From positions 96,001 through 160,000 of the IMG/VR virus record IMGVR_UViG_3300025168_000032: a stretch of 64,000 nt of DNA. One strand, written 5' to 3'. The DNA is from a virus. The position numbers and the translations under genes were made by a program. Shown in pieces: positions 10,801-19,800 of this stretch (positions are counted from its first letter, which is position 1; each line of letters starts with the position of its first letter). Under the pieces are notes generated by a model, which saw only the letters and a list, made by a program, of their open reading frames with translations, ran no database searches and was not told the DNA's origin.

Positions 10801-11169
10801 ATCGGTGAGACCGTTATTTTCGGTCAAAAAACTCTTCAACAAACCAAATCTGCACTTGATAGAATTAACGTTCGCAGATTGATGATCTTCCTTAAGAAGA
10901 GAGTCGGAAGAGTAGCTGAAACTGTATTGTTTGACCAAAATGTTCAAGCAACATGGTCACGCTTCAAAGCTGGTGCTGACTTGATCCTTAGAGACGCTCA
11001 GTCCAGATTGGGAATTACAGAATATCAGCTTGTTTTGGATGAAACAACCACAACAGCAGATTTGGTTGATCAAAACATTTTGTATGCTAAAGTGTTTATC
11101 AAGCCTGCTAGGGCAATCGAATTCATCGCTATCGACTTTATTGTAACGAGAAGCGGAATTGAATTTTAG
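7846..11169 (+). CDS. gp18: Contractile tail sheath protein with internal insertions
   Basis: N-terminal FVSPGISIEE; C-terminal PWFAPAGFNRG, LYQRNINP, ALDRINVRRL, KPARAIEFI. Confidence 0.96.
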   Translation: MPRKFDFVSPGISIEEIDESIIEAPVTDDGLLIIGRAKAGPAMQPTKIKSLRDFVAVFGDPISGKGTANNDVWRDGNNQSPTYGAYAAQAWLASETSPVTFIRLLGQDADNQASGYIKAGWNLDGANLTADTGTHATNVTAYGLFIMPSASATVNVTGTLAAVIYATGAAVTLSGTMAGGLKNTINSSATTSSAGCMIESISTGGKGNTFTLEIRDSYTESSVVEKHVFHLDPDQKDNYIRNVLNTNPLKTFATNYGSANAKKYFLGETYEEAVQALVSGSTAGAQYGVILPLVSGSSNMVTHQEAATPAKSGWIINRDPTPQLNSSAFDASQLKKLFRVVSLHDGEWFQANYYVTIEDLKLGTVTNPNSSFTLSVRKTGQNGELVEQFSNCNLDESSDSFVGKKIGDMSQTWNTTNMVFDISGDYMNQSDYIRIEMGDDWKSGIDDSYMLPWGFFGPVRPKGFTMLEGSTGVQALPAAGVDPVDAGVVATAQVTYTGDHVDDGGKLIFNHPDGFAYEVRAAATANSTAWTLTSGVYVWTVDTQDSSGTGNNHTKYADKVAEALNLMEGYTAADSGGVVTIIAVGPGAHYTFTMSESGDDSTHQALGSVTAGTDTSNLAHVYVKGNNNVIHSGGDAAQFAKMPTIMSASIHFPRLKLTEESTNKASANYKNTDMFGVRHKFASKNEKGVAPKRDYLDLTRFQGGSMDVHTTANATEYSFVFSMDEIARDANGLYYWASGSHTIAIGTQTRAVTAGSGSQQLIDDKVRQFAVPMFGGFDGVDITKADPFSSAVALASKAESTSYAYNSVSRAIDMCNTAESVKYDVISIPGLTNESLTNDLIRMVEERADALAIIDLDDGYLETYENNGTRTGGTLASVKSNSDSRDYNTSYAATYFPRVRMRDSLSGNGDMVIAPASVAAIGALAFSDSDTGAPWFAPAGFNRGGLSQLGGPQGPKVIGAFKQLSKSNRDELYQRNINPVARFPAIGETVIFGQKTLQQTKSALDRINVRRLMIFLKKRVGRVAETVLFDQNVQATWSRFKAGADLILRDAQSRLGITEYQLVLDETTTTADLVDQNILYAKVFIKPARAIEFIAIDFIVTRSGIEF

Positions 11170-11212
11170 TAACAGCCAACTAATTATATAAGATTTATAG
11201 GAGTATTATAAA

Positions 11213-11779
11213 ATGGCATTTTGGAGTAGCGCAGACGTAGAACCAAAGAGAAATTATAGATGGAAGGTCATCTTAGATGGTTTCGGTGGAAACAACATTC
11301 TTTGGTGGGCGAAGACCGTAACGGTTCCATCATATGATGTTTCCGAAGTCGAACACAATTTTTTTGATAATAAATATTATTATCCCGGACGTGTAAGTTG
11401 GTCAGAGGTCACTTTGACTCTTGTTGATCCTATCTCACCGGATGCTGTTCAGTTGACAAACAAATTGTTAATTGATTCAGGTTATAATATCCCTATGAAT
11501 GGCAATGGCGCGAGTGCAAATCAAAAGGCTACGATATCTAAGGCTAAAGCCACTAATGCTGGTTTTAAAAGTATGTCAATTCATGTTGTAAACGCGGACG
11601 GTCAGGATATAGAAGTTTGGTATCTCAGGAACCCGTTTCTTAAATCAGCTAAATATGGCGATTTGGATTACTCAAGTGACGATCTTAGAACTGTAGAAAT
11701 GGCAATCCGTTATGATTGGGCAGAGTGCGAAATAGGCGGAGCCAGTGGGACCCCAGAAAGACAGTTCAAACGGGTATAG
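11213..11779 (+). CDS. gp19: Tail tube protein 1 (gp19-like)
   Basis: EPKRNYRW, YYPGRVSWSEVTLTL, YGDLDYSSDD...IRYDW; late motif at 11179-11187. Confidence 0.88.
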   Translation: MAFWSSADVEPKRNYRWKVILDGFGGNNILWWAKTVTVPSYDVSEVEHNFFDNKYYYPGRVSWSEVTLTLVDPISPDAVQLTNKLLIDSGYNIPMNGNGASANQKATISKAKATNAGFKSMSIHVVNADGQDIEVWYLRNPFLKSAKYGDLDYSSDDLRTVEMAIRYDWAECEIGGASGTPERQFKRV

Positions 11780-11795
11780 ATTAATAGGAGTTTAA

Positions 11796-12272
11796 ATGAC
11801 CTTTTGGAGTGCTTCCGATTTAGAACCAACACGAAAACATCGCTTCCTCGTTGAACTTGGCGGTGTCGTCTTGTGGTGGGCAAAATCAGTTACCAAACCA
11901 AGCTTTGATATCTCCACGAACAGATACACTGCTATTAATCACTCAATTGAGTATCCGGGAATACTTACTTGGAATGATGTAACTCTCACGATTGTTGATG
12001 TTGGCAAAAAAACTAAAGAATTGTATGATAAACTCGAAGATATGGGGTATAGTGCCCCCGGCTCGACAACAGGCGGATTTGGCGGAATCAAAAAAGGCGA
12101 TAAAAGCGATTTAAAGATTTATCAAATGGATGCTAGCGGAAAAACTATTGAAGAGTGGATTTTAAACAATGTTACAATAAAGACTGTTAATTTTGGAGAT
12201 CTCAGCTACAGTGATGATGAACTGGTTGAGATGTCAATGACTATTGCCTATGATTGGGCAGAATTTAAATAA
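11796..12272 (+). CDS. gp19: Tail tube protein 2 (gp19-like paralog)
   Basis: EPTRKHRF, YPGILTWNDVTLT, FGDLSYSDD...IAYDW; clearly paralogous to 11213..11779. Confidence 0.82.
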   Translation: MTFWSASDLEPTRKHRFLVELGGVVLWWAKSVTKPSFDISTNRYTAINHSIEYPGILTWNDVTLTIVDVGKKTKELYDKLEDMGYSAPGSTTGGFGGIKKGDKSDLKIYQMDASGKTIEEWILNNVTIKTVNFGDLSYSDDELVEMSMTIAYDWAEFK

Positions 12273-12289
12273 TTTAAAAGAGGTGAAAA

Positions 12290-13141
12290 TTGTCAAGAAA
12301 TAATATGGATAGAACTGGGGCGCCACCTGCCGATGCCCCAATAATGCAACAGGCAGAAAGTGGCTTCAACCCTTTGAGCTTTGTAGCTCCAACGGAAATG
12401 GTTGATTTACCATCAAAAGGAAAGGGATACCCTGCAAACCATCCACTGCACAATAAAGAAACAGTGGAAATCAAGTTTATGACCGCTAAGGAAGAAGACA
12501 TTTTAGCGTCCCAGAGTTTGATCAAAAAGGGTATTGTTATCGAGCGATTTATTGAAAGTATTTTGCTTGATAAGAATATTAAGCCGAAAGATGTGCTTAC
12601 TGGTGATCGAAACGCTGTTATCATCGCCGCTCGTATCTCTGGATACGGCTCTGATTACGAGACAAAGGTAAATTGCCCCTCTTGTCAGAAAAGCAGCAAG
12701 TTTGAATTTGACTTAAACGATCAAAAAATACATCAAACGGAGGTTAGCGAAGATCTAAATCTGACCCATGCTGAAGATGGATTATTTCAAACCTTAATGC
12801 CCTTTTCAAAGTTTAAAATTAAATTTAAACTCCTTAAAGGAGAAGACGAAATGTATCTTGCTAAACTTATGAATAATAAGAGAAAAGGCAAACTACAAGA
12901 ATCCGTTCTCACTGATCAAATGAAACGACTGATCGTTGAGATTGAAGGTCACTCAGACCGCAACATCGTTAACAAGTATGTTGACAATATGCCAACATTA
13001 GACTCAAGGCACTTGAGAGTTTGTTATAAACTCGCCAACCCTGATGTCAAGGTTGCGAATCAGTTCACATGTCCTTCGTGTGGTTTCGAAGAAGGAATGG
13101 AGGTTCCGTTTGGCGCGGATTTTTTTTGGCCTGACCGATAA
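12290..13141 (+). CDS. Tail/baseplate assembly chaperone (T4 gp26-like) with zinc-ribbon Cys pairs
   Basis: VDLPSKG, KFMTAKEEDIL, TGDRNAVIIAARISGYG, CPSC x2; ends FFWPDR; TTG start with GAGGTG RBS. Confidence 0.75.
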   Translation: MSRNNMDRTGAPPADAPIMQQAESGFNPLSFVAPTEMVDLPSKGKGYPANHPLHNKETVEIKFMTAKEEDILASQSLIKKGIVIERFIESILLDKNIKPKDVLTGDRNAVIIAARISGYGSDYETKVNCPSCQKSSKFEFDLNDQKIHQTEVSEDLNLTHAEDGLFQTLMPFSKFKIKFKLLKGEDEMYLAKLMNNKRKGKLQESVLTDQMKRLIVEIEGHSDRNIVNKYVDNMPTLDSRHLRVCYKLANPDVKVANQFTCPSCGFEEGMEVPFGADFFWPDR

Positions 13142-13313
13142 ATACCAAAAATCCGTTTACGAACAATTCTTTATTTTAAAGCACTTCGGTGGCTGGTCAT
13201 TCATTGAGATGTATAACCTCCCGATTGGACTAAGAAACTGGTTCACAGAAAGACTACAGAAGCACTTTAAGGAAGAAAAGGAACAGATGGACAAATCAAT
13301 GAAGAAAAGATAA
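13110..13313 (+). CDS. Chaperone second part (T4 gp51-like/'T' ORF), TTG start or frameshift product
   Basis: YEQFFILKHFGGWSFIEMYNLPIGLRNWF motif; overlaps previous ORF across a T8 run; GGAGG at 13099-13103. Confidence 0.7.
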   Translation: MARIFFGLTDKYQKSVYEQFFILKHFGGWSFIEMYNLPIGLRNWFTERLQKHFKEEKEQMDKSMKKR

Positions 13314-13316
13314 GAG

Positions 13317-13341
13317 TGCCCTCGAATGAGGGCATTTTTTT
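13317..13341 (+). terminator. Rho-independent terminator
   Basis: TGCCCTC-GAAT-GAGGGCA plus T tract. Confidence 0.85.
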
Positions 13342-13377
13342 ATTTAAACTATTTATGTTTGATAGAGGGATTATATA

Positions 13378-15921
13378 ATGGCAATATCTGCTGCGGAACT
13401 GCTAAAAGCAATAGAAGAATTAAAAATAAACGACCCCAGTGGTTATAAAAAGCTCCAAAAAGCTTTTGGGGGTGATTCGTCAAATGTATTAAATACGGCA
13501 GGCCTTGACTCCAAACAGACCCAGCAAATGATAAAAGATGCTATGGCGTTGGCTGACCAAGAAGAGAGATTAGCAAGACTTTATAACGATTCAGCAGCCG
13601 CGAGAAAAGCAGCCCATGATAAATATATGACCTATAGCAAATTAGAAGAAGAAGCTTACCAAGATAACGAGGGAAATATCAAGCGAATCTCAGAACAATT
13701 GGGAATGAGCGCAGACGCAGCAAGCAAACTTGGGGGCGAACAAAAGAAAGCGGCTACGATAAGAGCCCTTGCAGCCGAAAGAGGTATTGAGATTACAGAG
13801 CAAGAGCTTGATAGAATGAAAGCCCTGTCAGATCAATACAGGACCCTTGGGCCACTACACGAGAAAGGACTGGCAGCAGGTAAAAAGCACTTTGGTGCCC
13901 TTGGAAGAATGATGGGAGTATCCACAAACGGATATGCAAATTCCATTTTTGGAAAAATGGCAGAAATAGGGGCGATCGCTTCTACTCCGAAAGGAATGCA
14001 GGGTCTGGTTGAAGCATTTAGAGCAACGATTAATGTCGCAAACGCAGCCGCTGCCATATTCTCCAAAATGATTTCCAATACGACGCTGTTTTTTACTGAA
14101 ATAGATAATGCTGCATCAAGCTTGGCAGCGTACACAGGTAACGGAGATCGAGCAACAGAAAGCATAGGTAGACTTTCCGCTGCAAACAGGATAAACGGAA
14201 TCTCAACAGCCCAAGTGGGAAAAGCCATCCAAGGCTTGACTGATAACTTTGGCGGCTTCATGACGATGGGTGCGAAGACCAAAGACGTCATGATTCAATC
14301 AGCCGCCCAGTTGGCTAAAATAGGTGTTTCTGCACAAGATTCAGGACAGTTGATGAGCTTTTTCGCAAAAGGTATGGGCCACTCTGCTGAAAAGTCAGCC
14401 CAGTTAACTAAGAACGTTGCCATGATGGGAAAACAAATGGGAATAAATGCTAGTAAGTTTGCCAAGGGCCTTAACGCCTCTTTACAAACCCTAGCAGTTT
14501 ACGGAGACAAATCAGTTGAAGTTTTTTCTGGTTTAGCCGCTGCTGCTGCCACTGCTAGTGTTGAAGTCGGAAGCCTGCTGGCATTGGCTAATAAGTTCGA
14601 TACGTTTGAAGGTTCTGCTAAGACTGTTGGTAAATTGAATGCCATTATGGGAACCCGGTTAAACGCAACAGATATGATGATGGGGGAAGAAGACGAAAGA
14701 ATAGAGACTTTGATCCAGACCGTTCAATCAACGGGGATAGATTTCAAAGATATGAACAAGTTTCAGAAAAAAGCAATCGCGAATGCAGCCGGAATAACAG
14801 ACATGAATGAGGCAATGAGAATTTTCGGGATGAACATGGGTCAGTACAAAAACTTCTCCAAAGCGCAATCTTTAGCCCAAGAACAACAAGAAGAATTAAA
14901 TAAAAGAATGCAGGACGCTACTCCTACTTTGTTGAAGATAAAGATGATGTTTGCCGAACTAGTAATTGCTATTGATCCACTTGTCGATAAAATATCAGAA
15001 GGAGTAACAGCAGTTCATAAGTTTATTACTGAAAACAAAGTATTGGTCCTAAACACAGTAAAATTTATCGGGGTTTTTGCTGGGCTATTCTTGGCATTTA
15101 AAACTTTCACGTTTTTGGCTGGTATTCTATCCGCTGGGGCACTACCAGCACTGGCAGCAGGGATGTTGGGATTAGCACCAGCAAGTGCAGCCGCAGCCGG
15201 TGGAATCACAACTGTAGCAACCGGTGTTGCGGGCGCTATGGGTATTTTAGCGACTGGTATTGCTGCTGCTGGTGCCGGGATGATGGCTGCTCTACCTGCT
15301 ACTGGTTTGTTTGTACTTGTAATGGGAGCATTGGGCTTAGCGTCTTTGGCGGTTGGTATGGGTATTGCGCTAGCAGCAGGGAGCATAGCGGCGCTTGTTG
15401 GCGTGTTGATATACGCGGTAACGTCTGGTGCAATTGGGTCGATTTTAGAGGGTATGGTTGCCCTACAAACAACTGCTATGGTCTTGGGTGTATTTGGGAG
15501 TCTAGCTGCTCTTGGAATCGGAGCCATGGCTTTGGCTATGGGCGGCTTGGCACTAGCGATGTATGCCTTGCCCTTAGAGAGACTTTCTTCTTTGGCTATA
15601 TTCGCCAAAGGAATGGCAGAAATGGAAAACAACAATGTTGAGTCGTCATTCAAGGCAGCAACCACCTTTGTGGCAGACTTAAACACAAACAGCGAAAACA
15701 TAAAACCAATGCTACAGAACATAGCACTAATGACAACAGGCGTTTCAGCAGAATCTGGCGCGATGGGTCTTTTAGGTGCTGCCATAATTAGTGTCGGGAA
15801 AGCGGTTGGGGATATTGCAAAAAAAGACCAGAAAGAAATGCTGATAAAGCTAGACGGTGAGGCGACTACCAAACTCATGCGTGGAGAGGCTGTAAAAGTA
15901 GCAGTAGGAACTGGTTATTAA
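13378..15921 (+). CDS. Tape measure protein
   Basis: 847 aa Ala/Gly-rich helical protein with hydrophobic C-terminal stretch after the chaperone pair; late motif at 13348-13356. Confidence 0.85.
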   Translation: MAISAAELLKAIEELKINDPSGYKKLQKAFGGDSSNVLNTAGLDSKQTQQMIKDAMALADQEERLARLYNDSAAARKAAHDKYMTYSKLEEEAYQDNEGNIKRISEQLGMSADAASKLGGEQKKAATIRALAAERGIEITEQELDRMKALSDQYRTLGPLHEKGLAAGKKHFGALGRMMGVSTNGYANSIFGKMAEIGAIASTPKGMQGLVEAFRATINVANAAAAIFSKMISNTTLFFTEIDNAASSLAAYTGNGDRATESIGRLSAANRINGISTAQVGKAIQGLTDNFGGFMTMGAKTKDVMIQSAAQLAKIGVSAQDSGQLMSFFAKGMGHSAEKSAQLTKNVAMMGKQMGINASKFAKGLNASLQTLAVYGDKSVEVFSGLAAAAATASVEVGSLLALANKFDTFEGSAKTVGKLNAIMGTRLNATDMMMGEEDERIETLIQTVQSTGIDFKDMNKFQKKAIANAAGITDMNEAMRIFGMNMGQYKNFSKAQSLAQEQQEELNKRMQDATPTLLKIKMMFAELVIAIDPLVDKISEGVTAVHKFITENKVLVLNTVKFIGVFAGLFLAFKTFTFLAGILSAGALPALAAGMLGLAPASAAAAGGITTVATGVAGAMGILATGIAAAGAGMMAALPATGLFVLVMGALGLASLAVGMGIALAAGSIAALVGVLIYAVTSGAIGSILEGMVALQTTAMVLGVFGSLAALGIGAMALAMGGLALAMYALPLERLSSLAIFAKGMAEMENNNVESSFKAATTFVADLNTNSENIKPMLQNIALMTTGVSAESGAMGLLGAAIISVGKAVGDIAKKDQKEMLIKLDGEATTKLMRGEAVKVAVGTGY

Positions 15922-15935
15922 AAAGAGGATAGAGA

Positions 15936-16499
15936 ATGTCATACGGTGATTTTTTAAATAGTAAGAGCCAAAAATTAAAAATAGAAAGTGCTATAACGGA
16001 TATTGAAGTGCATTTTAAGGCATTCTTAAATGATCTTTCCCAAACATTTCAATCGAATTGGCAGACCGAAGATGTGTACGGTCGTAATGACCCCATCGCT
16101 ACATTCGCCTCTACAAAGAGAACTATAAGTTTATCTTGGGATGTACCGTCCAAAGACGCCAGTGAGGCTAAAGATAACCTTGAGAATTGTAACAAGTTAA
16201 TTGCGATGGCTTATCCGGCCTATACTCCTTCTGGGGTAACAGGTATAGGAATTATTGCTAAAAACCCACTAGTTAAAGTAAAATTTGGTAACCTTGTTTG
16301 TGATTCGGACGGTGACCCTTTACTTGGGTGGATGGATTCTATAAATTGGAAACCTGCGTTGGATATGGGGATGTTTAATCCATCAGCAGGGAAATTCTAT
16401 CCAAAAGTTATTTCGCTTTCATTTAACCTCAATGTGCTGCATCAAGAATCCCTTGGACAAGAGAAGAAGGCCACCAGAAAGTTCCCATTTAAAATTTAG
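15936..16499 (+). CDS. Baseplate tube-initiator/cap-like protein
   Basis: Follows tape measure; VYGRNDPI..F..TKRTISLSWD motif of tube-fold baseplate proteins. Confidence 0.6.
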   Translation: MSYGDFLNSKSQKLKIESAITDIEVHFKAFLNDLSQTFQSNWQTEDVYGRNDPIATFASTKRTISLSWDVPSKDASEAKDNLENCNKLIAMAYPAYTPSGVTGIGIIAKNPLVKVKFGNLVCDSDGDPLLGWMDSINWKPALDMGMFNPSAGKFYPKVISLSFNLNVLHQESLGQEKKATRKFPFKI

Positions 16500-16505
16500 G
16501 AGATA

Positions 16506-16841
16506 ATGATGTCAAGGTATATAAGTAGAATGACAGCAATTAATGATTATGAGCAATATGACGATATACTCGATGAGCGAGGCGTTAAGAATATAGAACA
16601 ATATAGAACTCCCGTGTTGAAGTATTTCGATGATGACAACGTGAGAGAAGTTGATTATATAAACTATGTCTGGAAGGGTGGCGATACGTTTTGGAGATTA
16701 GCTAAAAAATACCTAAATAGCCCTAAAAATTGGTGGGTTATAGCATCTTTTAATAGAAAACCAACGGAGGCTCATGTCGAGGCCGGAGAGGTGATAAAAA
16801 TTCCTCTTTCTCTTGCACAAGCACTACAGGTGATTGAATAA
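16506..16841 (+). CDS. LysM-like baseplate wedge protein (gp53/gpX-like)
   Basis: YVWKGGDTFWRLAKKYLNSPKNWWVIASFN..PTE...GEVIKIP. Confidence 0.8.
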   Translation: MMSRYISRMTAINDYEQYDDILDERGVKNIEQYRTPVLKYFDDDNVREVDYINYVWKGGDTFWRLAKKYLNSPKNWWVIASFNRKPTEAHVEAGEVIKIPLSLAQALQVIE

Positions 16842-19800
16842 TGGCTTCCGAAGTATATAAACATTGGCAAAAAATCTACAAAGAAGGCACCGACACTCAG
16901 GTCACTTCTTATAAAACACTGCATGGCTCAAGACTAGATTCTCTTGACGATCTTCCCCCTGATGTCTATGCATACGCATTAAAGAAATACACAGAATCAA
17001 AAAACTGGGGTTGGTTTTCCACAAAAGCAACTGAAATGCCGCCAATGAGCGATGACGACTACAAGTGGTCTATAAAACAAGCATTCAACACTAACAATAA
17101 AGATGTAAAAGCCTCCGAGTGGCATGAGATTTTAAGATATCAGTGGTTTAGGTTTAAGTCTATAGGACTTACTAAATATTCACAAATGCACCTTAACTGG
17201 TTTCTGTTGTGGTTTAAATATCCACACGAAACAGTCTCCATAGGAAACGTTGGTGGAGGATTGGCCAACAGTGCAACGAAAATAAAAAATAAAGCACTAC
17301 AGGCTAAATATCTGGATCTCATTATCTCGAAAAAAGAAACTGGTATTACCAAGTTCATTGGTAAGTTGTCCCCAAAACAATTTTCGAAAGATGTGAAAAC
17401 TAAAGTAGAGTCATTATTGCAATCTCCCGTTGATATCGTAGCACCAGCGTTAATTGTCGGCCCCAAGTCTGACTACACCATCAGTGCTGTTAAGGTAGCT
17501 GGAACGATAGAGACAGTAAAAGGAAACGCTTTTCACTTAACGACAATAGATACGAAACATGATAGTGATAAGGCGTCATGGTTTGAAAAAACCTCGAAGG
17601 CAGCGGTTGAGGGGTTCGCTTCAGGGGTTTTTGGAATAACTCTAAATTTAGAAAACCTTGTTGACCGATATCAGGATGCTAAAAACCCAAATGACATTAC
17701 TAACAGAAAGTGGGTTAGTAGCCCCGCTGGATTTTCAGCAAAATATCGCGGTGTTGATGCAAAATTTGAAGCAGCCATAACAAAGGGCCTAGAAGCAATG
17801 CCGGGGCTTTCAAAGTTTTTTGTAAAGGGGCAAGAAGGAACAGGAAAAACCACAGAACACATATACAAGTGGAAATTGGAAGCTGGATTGAAGGGCGTAA
17901 ATGACTTAAGGGATCTGCCTGAAAAAAAGGGTATTTCAAAAGAATTGTTTGATGCTATTGAGGCAGAGCTTAATGGGCAATACTTGAAATTTATGGATAA
18001 ATTAGATTGGACGACATTCCTGAATAAAGAAAAACTGGCTAAAGGAGAGCAACTAGATTATTCTGGTGATACCCAGATGCAGAAATATGGAAATGCCGCA
18101 GATCAAGCCGCTGATGTTATTGCAAAATTATATGCGTCAGCACGACAAAGAGTCTTATTAGAGGAGTTTATATCAGATTTAGGTAAAGATTCCACCGCAG
18201 CAGAAAAAGCAGCCAAAGCAAAAGACCCAAATGCCTCTTTGACAGCAGAGCAGATAAGTGCCCTTGGGGCGGCTTCGATGACGGACGCTCAAGCGGCTTC
18301 AGACAAAAGACTCGCAGATGGAATCGCATCCGCCTCAAAAGCAAGTAACAGAGTTAACGAGATGCCCCCCGAAGCAGATAAGTTAACTGAAGACGAAATA
18401 AACGAGAAAAGAAAGTATGTTAAACAATGTGCTTTAATCTTAAACTTCTCTGATTTGAAAATGAAATATGAAGAAAAGAGACTTGACGACCGTAAGGCAA
18501 AACGAGGAGCGCACAAAACTGCTTGGTTTGACAATAGGTTCATTATGGTTGACACTAACAAATTACGTAGAAGGGATATCTTGAATCAATTATTTGTTCC
18601 AAAGATGGAAGATATTGAGCCGTTTATGAAATTGACACCTGATTTAGTTTCCGCTCTTACTCCGAAGATAAGGTTGTTTAAAATTTGGAATGAGGGATGT
18701 GACCTTCATCAGCAAGAAATAGCTTTTCCTAACTTCGAAGACCCAAGCAGAATAAGCGCTCTCCGTAACCTAAAAGCTGGAATTGATCGGGGGAATGGTA
18801 GTGGTATAAAAAGTTTGAATTGGACTTATGAAGGAACAAACCCAGCGGAAGCAAGATCTGCAATAGGTATGGAATTGACATTATTTTTTCAAAGTTTCGA
18901 AGAAATAATAAAAAAACGCGACAACGGCTCGTCGGAATATAGATATGTTGATTTACTGCTTCATCCGGAGAGCACCAAAACAAAATCTAAAAAAGATCAA
19001 GGATCTTTCAACCCCTACGCACAACAGAACTCTGAAAATTACAGAGTAAGAGTAGATGTAGGCTGGCAGAACATAACAGGTAAAGTAAGAGAACTCTTTA
19101 ACAGGAGAGGTGATTTAGGAATAACGGCTGATAATGTTAACGATGCAATCAACAGAATAAACAAAAGCTTTTATTTAACATTGGTTGACCACGAGATGGA
19201 CATAAAAGAGAATGGAAATATCGAAATAAAAGCCAGTTATCGCGCCTATACTGAAACTGCACTACAAGATAAACATATAGATGCTCTAGCGTCTCCAATG
19301 ATAATTGGACACAGGGCCCAATTCGGAACAGAACTACAAAAACTAATTAACGATGGCGATTGTAGCGTCGACCAATATAAAGAACTAAGAGCAACATATG
19401 CTGCCATCGATGACGAATTTAGAATCGCCGCTTATCGCTCAATTATGAAAAGAATGATGATGAGAGGGCATGTTCATTTTTGCAAAATGAATAGAGATCA
19501 AATAGGTGGTGGTTTTAAATTAAAAGGCGGAAAAGTCTTTGAAGGTGCTCCAAAGCTGGAATGGCCCAACAACAAGGGTACATACGGAGACGCTAAACTT
19601 AAAGACCACACCAGTGGCAAATCGAAAACACCACCTCCGAAAAAAGAGGCCGCAGAAAAAGTAGAAAGTGCTGAAAAGGTCAAAAAGGCTGCTGACGCTG
19701 CAAAAAAGACGCTAACAAAACCAGAAGAGAAAGATCTGAAGTCTACAAGGACATTCGAACAATTACCATCTTTAAAAGACGCGGAAGACACAGTGAGCTT

